In this document: positions 57,082-64,000 of the stretch, one piece after another
Layout of the letters: each line of letters starts with the position of its first letter
How positions within the stretch are numbered: the first letter of the stretch is position 1
Sequence record: OK148440
DNA length: 64,000 nucleotides
Source of the DNA: Escherichia phage MLP3
Direction: 5' to 3' (one strand)
Translations under genes and position numbers: made by a program
Notes under the pieces: model-generated
What the model was told of the DNA's origin: nothing
Databases searched by the model: none
What the model saw: only the letters and a program-made list of their open reading frames with translations

Positions 57082-59325
57082 ATGGCTAAGAAGAAATTTA
57101 GTGAAGATGTTTTGGATGAATTACGCGTTGACCTTCAACGTCGATTCAATTATGCTCAAGGATATGTAGACTTAGCTGTAAAAGGCTATGCTCGTGAGGC
57201 TTGGGAATACTTCTATGGGAACCTTCCTGCTCCAGTTACTGCTGGTAGTTCTAGTTGGGTAGACCGTACAGTATGGGAATCAGTGAACGGTACGCTCCAA
57301 GATATCATTAACGTGTTCTGTTCTGGTGACGAAGCGGTAACTTTCGTAGCCGATAACCAAGAAGATAGTGATGCTGCTGACGTAGCCACTAAACTTGTCA
57401 ACCAAATTTTGTTACGTGATAATCCGGGATACAATATTATCTCTTCAGCGGCACAAGAGTGTCTGGTTACACGTAACTCTTTTATTAAATATTATTGGGA
57501 TGAACAGACTTCTACTCAAACAGAAGAAGCAGAGGGTGTTCCTCCGGAAGCTTTGGCTGCATATGTCCAAGGTTTAGAAGCTGGTGGGCTTCAAGATTTA
57601 GAAATCTTTACCACTGACAATGAAGATGGTACAGTGGACGTTAAAGTAACTTACAAACAAACAGTAAAACGTGTTAAAGTAGAATATGTTCCTTCAGAAC
57701 AGATTTTTGTTGACGAACACGCTACCTCTTTTGCAGATGCTCAGTACTTCTGTCATCGCACACGTAAATCTAAAGAAGATCTGGTTGCTATGGGCTTCCC
57801 TAAAGACGAAATTGAAGCTTTTAACGATTGGACGGATATGATGGACACTACCCAATCGACTGTTGCTTGGTCACGTACTGACTGGCGTCAGGATATAGAT
57901 TCAGATATCGGTGTAGACACTGATGATATCGCTTCTATGGTTTGGGTTTACGAGCATTACATCCGTACTGGTGTACTGGATAAGAATAAAGAAGCAAAAC
58001 TCTATCAAGTTATTCAAGCAGGTGAGCATATTCTCAGTTGTGAAGAAGTAACTAGCATTCCTTTTGTAACATTCTGCCCTTATCCTATTCCGGGTTCATT
58101 CTATGGACAATCTGTTTATGATATCACCAAAGATATTCAGGATTTGCGTACCGCTTTGGTTCGTGGTTATATCGATAACGTAAACAATGCTAACTATGGT
58201 CGATATAAGGCGCTTGTAGGCGCGTATGACCGTCGTTCTTTGCTAGACAACCGTCCGGGCGGTGTAGTAGAAATGGAGCGTCAGGATGCGATTGATCTCT
58301 TCCCATACCATAATCTACCTCAAGGTATCGATGGCTTGCTGGGAATGTCTGATGAGTTGAAAGAAACTCGTACTGGTGTTACTAAGCTTGGTATGGGTAT
58401 TAACCCTGATGTGTTTAAGAATGATAACGCATATGCAACTGTTGGATTGATGATGAATGCTGCTCAGAACCGTCTCCGTATGGTCTGTCGTAACATTGCT
58501 CACAACGGTATGGTTGAATTGATGCGTGGTATTTATAATTTAGTCCGAGAAAATGGTGAGGTTCCTTTACAAGTACAAACCCCTCGTGGTATGGTTCAGG
58601 TTCATCCTAAACAACTGCCTGCTCGTCACAATCTACAAGTTGTTGTAGCTATCTCTCCTAGCGAGAAATCAGAACGTGCACAGAAACTCATTAGTCTGAA
58701 GCAATTAATTGCTGCTGATGCTCAGTTAGCACCTCTGTTTACTCTGGAGCAAGATCGTTACATGACTGCACAGATCTTCGAGTTGATGGGAATTAAAGAC
58801 ACTCACAAATACTTAATGCCTCTGGAACAGTATCAACCGCCAGAACCTTCTCCGATGGAAATCCTCCAGCTTGAGATGACTAAAGCACAGGTTGAGAACG
58901 TACAGGCTTCTTCTCAGAAGATGATTGCTGATGCATTCGACCAGCGTGAACGTACTACGTTTGAACAGCAGAAAGCTGCGGACGAGTTCAGCTTACGTCA
59001 AGAAGAACTGCAATTTAAGCAAGAGAATGCTGCTGATCAGATGACTTTGGAGAATCGTAAAGAAGACAACAGTGCTACACTTGAACAGGCTAAGCACAAG
59101 TTGGCTCTGCTCCAGCAACAGGTCCGTCAGTATGAATCTGTACTTAAAGAATTGCAGATGACTCTTAATCATCAGGTCGATGTTGAGAAAGTTGCAAATC
59201 AGGCTAAAATTCAAGATAAGACTTTGGAACTCCAAAAGAAAGAAGCAAATGAAACTAAGAAAGAACAGCAAAGTTCAATCAAAGATTCACGGATTCCTAA
59301 CCGTCGTCTTGGTAGTAGAAAATAA
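57082..59325 (+). CDS. portal protein
   Basis: 747 aa; follows terminase; C-terminal coiled-coil, charged tail. Confidence 0.7.
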   Translation: MAKKKFSEDVLDELRVDLQRRFNYAQGYVDLAVKGYAREAWEYFYGNLPAPVTAGSSSWVDRTVWESVNGTLQDIINVFCSGDEAVTFVADNQEDSDAADVATKLVNQILLRDNPGYNIISSAAQECLVTRNSFIKYYWDEQTSTQTEEAEGVPPEALAAYVQGLEAGGLQDLEIFTTDNEDGTVDVKVTYKQTVKRVKVEYVPSEQIFVDEHATSFADAQYFCHRTRKSKEDLVAMGFPKDEIEAFNDWTDMMDTTQSTVAWSRTDWRQDIDSDIGVDTDDIASMVWVYEHYIRTGVLDKNKEAKLYQVIQAGEHILSCEEVTSIPFVTFCPYPIPGSFYGQSVYDITKDIQDLRTALVRGYIDNVNNANYGRYKALVGAYDRRSLLDNRPGGVVEMERQDAIDLFPYHNLPQGIDGLLGMSDELKETRTGVTKLGMGINPDVFKNDNAYATVGLMMNAAQNRLRMVCRNIAHNGMVELMRGIYNLVRENGEVPLQVQTPRGMVQVHPKQLPARHNLQVVVAISPSEKSERAQKLISLKQLIAADAQLAPLFTLEQDRYMTAQIFELMGIKDTHKYLMPLEQYQPPEPSPMEILQLEMTKAQVENVQASSQKMIADAFDQRERTTFEQQKAADEFSLRQEELQFKQENAADQMTLENRKEDNSATLEQAKHKLALLQQQVRQYESVLKELQMTLNHQVDVEKVANQAKIQDKTLELQKKEANETKKEQQSSIKDSRIPNRRLGSRK

Positions 59326-59334
59326 GGATACTGA

Positions 59335-59571
59335 ATGAATACAAGACAGCAATTCAATAAAGAGCACGCCGCCGCTTTGGCGGCTCTCAATCACAACGGC
59401 ATTCTTGACGCAGCATTAGAGGCATTAAAAGAAACCCTCATGAGAGATATTGTATTAACCGAGGCTCATGAGAATAAGAAACGCGAAGAGTGTTATCAAA
59501 AGTATAAAATGGTTGGTAGCTTAAAAGAGGTCATAAAAGCTGCTATCAATAATGCAGGAGATATTTCCTAA
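59335..59571 (+). CDS. hypothetical head-module protein
   Basis: ATG; between portal and scaffold. Confidence 0.45.
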   Translation: MNTRQQFNKEHAAALAALNHNGILDAALEALKETLMRDIVLTEAHENKKREECYQKYKMVGSLKEVIKAAINNAGDIS

Positions 59572-60653
59572 TGGCAAATGATTATATTGACCCGAACGAT
59601 TTTAAATCTTTCCTCCAACTAGACGACTTAAAAGGCTCCTTCAAAGAAGAGCTTAGTCAATTAGAATCAGAACGTGAACCAGAAGTGAACATTGATGATG
59701 AATTCCCAGAACAGTCTGAGACTTTTGATCTTGATGCTTCCGACCTTCTCGGTGATGACGATACGTTAGCGTTCGAAGATGAAGATGGTTGGGAAGATCG
59801 TGAAGAGGAAGGCGAAGAAGAAGAGGAAGAGTCTGAGTTCTCTGATGAAGACGGTGAAGAAGATGATTCCGGTGAAGCAGATCACGATGAAGCTGCTAAC
59901 AGCGATGAAGATGGCGAAGAAGGTGAAGTCTTTGACGTAGATTATGAAACTGTTATCACCCTTCCTGATGGTCGTGAGATGACTATTGAAGAGTTGTCTA
60001 ATGGCTATTTGACTGGTGCAGAAATGTCCGAACGTGAGACTACTTTGCAGCGTCATGTTGAAGCTTTTGAAGAACGTGTTGCTGGCTTGGGGGATGTATT
60101 AGAACTAGCTGCCCTAGAAGCAGACCGAGTAATTGAAGATTACAACGGTTTTGATTGGGACAAACTTGCACAAGAAGATCCTCAAGCTTATGTAGAAAAC
60201 AAACGTTTCTTAGAAAAATATACAGCTCGTCGCCAACAGCTTGAACAAGCTCAGCTTAAAATCAAGCAAGAAGCACTAGCAAAAGAACAACAGCTCTTCC
60301 AAGCTAAATGTACTGAGTGTGTAAGCGTACTTAAACGTGAGATTCCTAATTGGGATGACAACTTGTATCAGAACCTGATGCAGTATGCAATCGACTTAGG
60401 TGCTACAGAAGAAGAAGTGCTGAAAGAGAACCGTCCGTCAATCTTCCTAGCTCTACACAAAGCATACCAGTTTGATAAAGGTAAGCAGCAGGTGATGGCT
60501 AAGATTAAACGTCCCGGCTCTCCACGCAAGGTTGTGAAGTCCGATGCTTCTAAGTCTCGTTCTTCCAATACGCCAGACAACGCTAAGGTTGCCAAGGCAT
60601 TCTCAGAGGGTCGTATTCGTCACGAAGACGCATTTAAGTATCTCGTAGATTAA
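59571..60653 (+). CDS. scaffolding protein candidate
   Basis: highly acidic N-terminal half, coiled-coil C-terminal half, immediately upstream of capsid gene. Confidence 0.55.
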   Translation: MANDYIDPNDFKSFLQLDDLKGSFKEELSQLESEREPEVNIDDEFPEQSETFDLDASDLLGDDDTLAFEDEDGWEDREEEGEEEEEESEFSDEDGEEDDSGEADHDEAANSDEDGEEGEVFDVDYETVITLPDGREMTIEELSNGYLTGAEMSERETTLQRHVEAFEERVAGLGDVLELAALEADRVIEDYNGFDWDKLAQEDPQAYVENKRFLEKYTARRQQLEQAQLKIKQEALAKEQQLFQAKCTECVSVLKREIPNWDDNLYQNLMQYAIDLGATEEEVLKENRPSIFLALHKAYQFDKGKQQVMAKIKRPGSPRKVVKSDASKSRSSNTPDNAKVAKAFSEGRIRHEDAFKYLVD

Positions 60654-60693
60654 TCGACAAATTTATTTTTAATAGTATAGGAGCTAATATAAC

Positions 60694-61749
60694 ATGGCAA
60701 ATCCAACTTTATTTGTATCTTACGACCAGAATGGTAAAAAACTTTCTTTTGCTAACTGGATTTCTGTCCTGTCTCCGCAAGACACTCCGTTTGTGTCTAT
60801 GACTGGTAAAGAGTCTATCAATCAGACTATTTTCAGCTGGCAGACCGATGCTCTGGCGAGCGTAGATGCTAACAACGCCCACGTCGAAGGCTCTCGTGCT
60901 GAAGACGGCGAAATGAAACCGACTGTAATCAAGTCCAACGTTACTCAGATCCTGCGTAAAGTTGTTCGTGTTTCTGATACTGCTAACACCACCGCTAACT
61001 ACGGTCGTGGTCGTGAACTGATGTATCAGCTGGAGAAGAAAGGTAAAGAGATTAAACGTGACCTCGAGAAAATCCTGCTGTCCGGTCAGGCTCGTACCGA
61101 TATTCTGGCAGACCAGTATCTGACCAACTCTGCAACTGATCCTGCTGTTGTAGGTCAGAATGATACCTCAGCTGCTCGTAAGACTGGTGCTTTCCAGTTC
61201 CTGTGTGCACACAATGGTGTTGCTGGTGGTGTTGTTAAGAAAGAAGATGGTCCTGCTGACCCGGATACTGGTGCAGTAACTGTTAAAGTTGCACAGAATG
61301 CTTCTAACCCGACTACTAACATCGGTTTTGATGAAGCTGATATCTTTGATATGACTCTGCAATTGTATACCGCTGGTTCTGAAGCAGACATCATCATGAT
61401 TAACCCTGCTCACGCTAGTATCTTTGCTAAGCTTCAGGAAAACTCTGTTGGTTCTCGTCAGCGTATCTTTGAGAACACCAAACAGTTCATCTATGAAGTT
61501 AACAGCATCACTGACCCGCTGGGCCAGAGCTATAAAATCATCGTTAACCGTTGGATGCCTGCTGATGCAGTTTACTTCTTCCGCAGCTCTGACTGGACTC
61601 AGATGGTTCTTCGTGCTCCGAAACGTACTGAACTGGCTAAAGATGGTTCTTACGAGAAGTGGATGATTGAAATGGAAGTTGGTCTGCGTCACCGCAACCC
61701 GTATGCTTCCGGCGTTCTGTTCACTGCTGCGGGAAAGGTGGCGGCGTAA
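60694..61749 (+). CDS. major capsid protein
   Basis: 351 aa after scaffold with strong TAGGAG RBS; position and size typical. Confidence 0.7.
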   Translation: MANPTLFVSYDQNGKKLSFANWISVLSPQDTPFVSMTGKESINQTIFSWQTDALASVDANNAHVEGSRAEDGEMKPTVIKSNVTQILRKVVRVSDTANTTANYGRGRELMYQLEKKGKEIKRDLEKILLSGQARTDILADQYLTNSATDPAVVGQNDTSAARKTGAFQFLCAHNGVAGGVVKKEDGPADPDTGAVTVKVAQNASNPTTNIGFDEADIFDMTLQLYTAGSEADIIMINPAHASIFAKLQENSVGSRQRIFENTKQFIYEVNSITDPLGQSYKIIVNRWMPADAVYFFRSSDWTQMVLRAPKRTELAKDGSYEKWMIEMEVGLRHRNPYASGVLFTAAGKVAA

Positions 61750-61760
61750 CAGTAGACAGT

Positions 61761-62273
61761 GTGACTGTTAGCCCTGCGTCTTTAGCAAGCCTAGAGACAG
61801 GGGCTACTCGGCAGTTCACTGCAAGCGCGGAGAAAAGTGATGGTTCTACCGAAACAACTGGCTTTACTTGGTCAGTGACAGGAGGTGGTTCTATCACTCA
61901 GTCGGGTTTGTATACTGCTCCGAGTGCGTCTCAATCCACTGATGTATCCATTACTGCAACTTTAGAAGGTGTTTCTGGTACAGCAACCATTTCTGAAATT
62001 GTTGCTCCTGCTCCTACTATTGTAGCTAAGGGTCCAATTACGGGTAAAACTGGTGGTTCTTCCACTAACTTCACTACCATGTTTACTGTAACTAATTCTA
62101 CTGCTGCGGATTACACGTTTGTTGTAACCCCTACAGAAGCTGGTACAGTAAGCGCCGCTGGTGCGTTAACCTTAGATGCTGCTGCAAGTGGCGAAGTTAC
62201 TGTTCAAGCAAGTTTGACAGCTGACCCGTCCATCAATGCAACATGCACTTTTACTGGTGTAACACCTGCTTAA
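61761..62273 (+). CDS. Ig-like domain ORF, probably expressed as a -1 frameshift C-terminal extension of the capsid protein
   Basis: Thr/Ser/Gly-rich beta-type sequence; no ATG or RBS (GTG only); frame open from 61671; slippery G_GGA_AAG at 61731-61737. Confidence 0.5.
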   Translation: MTVSPASLASLETGATRQFTASAEKSDGSTETTGFTWSVTGGGSITQSGLYTAPSASQSTDVSITATLEGVSGTATISEIVAPAPTIVAKGPITGKTGGSSTNFTTMFTVTNSTAADYTFVVTPTEAGTVSAAGALTLDAAASGEVTVQASLTADPSINATCTFTGVTPA

Positions 62274-62280
62274 AACTAGA

Positions 62281-62304
62281 CCCTGCCTTCGGGCGGGGTT
62301 TTTT
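62281..62304 (+). terminator. rho-independent terminator after capsid module
   Basis: CCCTGCC-TTCG-GGCGGGG followed by T6. Confidence 0.65.
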
Positions 62305-62332
62305 CGTTTTAAGACCTATACAAGCTAGTGTG

Positions 62333-62343
62333 TAATGTATATT
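62333..62343 (+). promoter_or_regulatory. TAATGTATATT motif upstream of HNH gene
   Basis: motif about 32 nt before ATG, directly after terminator. Confidence 0.35.
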
Positions 62344-62374
62344 CTTTGTCTACATATAACAAGGAGGACAACCT

Positions 62375-62887
62375 ATGGCAATGCCAGATTTCAGAGGAGC
62401 TTTTACATATAACCCAAATACAGGGCATCTTTTCTGGTCTATGAGTAACATATTCAATAAACAGAAAGGTCAACGTGCTGGATGTATTAATAGTAAGGGA
62501 TATCGTGTGTTAACCTTCAAGAAGAAATCTTACCTAGAGCATAGAGTCATAGCTGAACTCTTTCTTCCTAAAGTAGAAGGGAAGGAGTATGTCAACCATA
62601 AGAATGGAATAAAAGATGACAACAGGATTGAGAAGCTAGAGTGGTGTACTCAACAAGAAAACTGTGTACATGCTTATGAAACAAAACTCTCAACACCAAG
62701 GAATCTTGAGGATAATCCTAATTCCAAACTTACTAAAGAACAAGTTCTTTTCTGTTTAGAGAACTATAAACCGAGGGACAGACAGTTCGGAGCTAGAGCT
62801 TTAGCTAGGAAGTTTGGAGTCTCTTCAAGCACAATAAGCCTAATAATCAATGGCACAAACTGGAAGGAGGTATCCTATGTTGCCTGA
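62375..62887 (+). CDS. HNH homing endonuclease
   Basis: VNHKNGIKDDNRIEKLEWCTQQEN HNH core; own terminator and promoter motif. Confidence 0.7.
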   Translation: MAMPDFRGAFTYNPNTGHLFWSMSNIFNKQKGQRAGCINSKGYRVLTFKKKSYLEHRVIAELFLPKVEGKEYVNHKNGIKDDNRIEKLEWCTQQENCVHAYETKLSTPRNLEDNPNSKLTKEQVLFCLENYKPRDRQFGARALARKFGVSSSTISLIINGTNWKEVSYVA

Positions 62888-63626
62888 CGTTCAATACCCC
62901 ATCAATACCTATGGGTGGCTAAAGAAGGCCGTGTCCCTCTGGGCAGATAGGGACGATGACGAATTTGTTAATCAAATTCCAAACTTTATTAACTTTGCAG
63001 AGAAAGAGATTTATCGTAACTTACGTATTCCTCCTCTGGAAAAAGAAGTGTATTTAGATATTAAAGATGGAGTAGCTTATATTCCTCCTGATTACTTAGA
63101 AGCTCAATGGATGATGAGAGCCAAAGATGGCACAATCTTCCAAGTAACCTCTCCTGAAGAGATTAGCTATCGTAGACAGCATGGAACAATTAACCCATCT
63201 CACTGGAATAACCAACCTGTCAACTTTGCTCGTTTCGGTAGTCGTTTCATTTTCTACCCTAGCATCGAAGCAGATACTCCGTACTACCCTGATGATGGAA
63301 GCCCTTTGATTCCAGCAGAAAACTCAGTGATTCTTAGCTATTATGCAGACCCACCGGAATTCCATGAAGATACAGATACTAGTACTATTCTTACTATAGC
63401 ACCAGAACTTCTTCTGTACTTCACCCTACGTCATGCTTGTCTCTTTGTTCAAGATGATAATGGTGTTCAGAAATGGTCAGCATTAGGAAAAGCTATCCTT
63501 GATGAAATAGTAGAGCAGAATAAGAAACAAGAGTACTCAGGTTCACCTATCGCAATTCCGAATAACATGACTCGACTTCAGAGCAGCTTGCCTGATATTT
63601 ATGGTATTCGTACTTCTCGTGTATAA
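62877..63626 (+). CDS. virion structural protein (function unassigned)
   Basis: ATG at 62877 with AAGGAGG RBS, overlapping HNH stop. Confidence 0.5.
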   Translation: MLPDVQYPINTYGWLKKAVSLWADRDDDEFVNQIPNFINFAEKEIYRNLRIPPLEKEVYLDIKDGVAYIPPDYLEAQWMMRAKDGTIFQVTSPEEISYRRQHGTINPSHWNNQPVNFARFGSRFIFYPSIEADTPYYPDDGSPLIPAENSVILSYYADPPEFHEDTDTSTILTIAPELLLYFTLRHACLFVQDDNGVQKWSALGKAILDEIVEQNKKQEYSGSPIAIPNNMTRLQSSLPDIYGIRTSRV

Positions 63627-63635
63627 GGAGATAAT

Positions 63636-64000
63636 ATGATCGTTTATAATAACCAAGCACCCGATGCAGTGAATAATGTTGGGCAGTTTGGTGCTACTGA
63701 AGGCTCTATTGGAGCTTATAAGCAAGCCGCAGAATATGCAGCTGACTCTAAATATTGGGCACTGTTAGCAGAATCTAAGTTTGGTACAATTGATGACTTG
63801 ATCGCTGAAGTAGAACGTCTGTATCAACAGGGTGTTCTTATGAAGCAAGATATTGAAGATCTTAAGCAGGACTTTAAAGATCAAGATGCTCGTCTGATGA
63901 ACTTGATTGCTCAGACTAATGCAGCAGTATCTGATGCAAATAACGCAGTCGCCCTTATTAACCAGAAACTCATTGAGGTTCAGAAACAGCTTGATGTTCT
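63636..64000 (+). CDS. structural protein, 3'-partial (continues beyond window)
   Basis: ATG with AAGGAG RBS; open to window end; coiled-coil-like. Confidence 0.45.
   Translation, partial: MIVYNNQAPDAVNNVGQFGATEGSIGAYKQAAEYAADSKYWALLAESKFGTIDDLIAEVERLYQQGVLMKQDIEDLKQDFKDQDARLMNLIAQTNAAVSDANNAVALINQKLIEVQKQLDV

Noticed and set aside
61155-61692. ORFs 61155-61397 and 61168-61692 (-) antisense to the capsid gene
   Set aside because: Embedded antisense ORFs with no RBS; the capsid gene has strong initiation signals.
1-64000. Prophage boundaries, integrase, att sites, host genes
   Set aside because: No integrase or recombinase motifs, no host housekeeping genes and no compositional break. The window looks like a continuous lytic phage genome, apart from the somewhat more GC-rich early leader at 48.9-49.8 kb, which still carries phage-type promoters.

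Overview
The window reads as a densely coded tailed-phage genome segment with no host flank, integrase or CRISPR array. Plus-strand virion genes sit at both ends: low-complexity virion proteins and a 1481-aa protein at 14-8029, and small terminase candidate, large terminase, portal, scaffold, major capsid, Ig-like domain ORF, HNH endonuclease and further structural genes at 53.9-64 kb. Between them is a 44-kb minus-strand block (8.1-52.6 kb) of early and middle genes: a family-A DNA polymerase whose 3'-5' exonuclease is a separate gene 8 kb away, a T7 gp4-like primase-helicase, flap endonuclease, SSB-like protein, PhoH, ThyX-like and dCTP-deaminase-like enzymes, thioredoxin, a Dps-like ferritin, an ECF-like sigma factor, overlapping spanins, one tRNA-Arg(UCU) and many small paralogous proteins. 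Gene content and order resemble phiEco32-like podoviruses, but that is inference from memory, not a search. The most system-like feature is a 10-kb cluster at 28.8-38.9 kb encoding an ATP-grasp ligase, two amidoligase-like proteins, a class-II glutamine amidotransferase (catalytic Cys upstream of the first ATG, probable AUU start) and a gamma-glutamyl cyclotransferase, with several large unknown proteins; its product or target is unknown. Other notable signals are a probable -1 frameshift fusing the capsid protein to the Ig-like domain, a duplicated conserved structured noncoding element near a ProQ/FinO-like gene, an iteron-like GGGTAGG array, sigma70-like early promoters with a repeated downstream motif, and a TAATGTATATA motif upstream of several genes. 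All domain calls come from motifs read by eye; coordinates of short motifs may be off by a base or two, and most start codons of small hypothetical ORFs were not checked.
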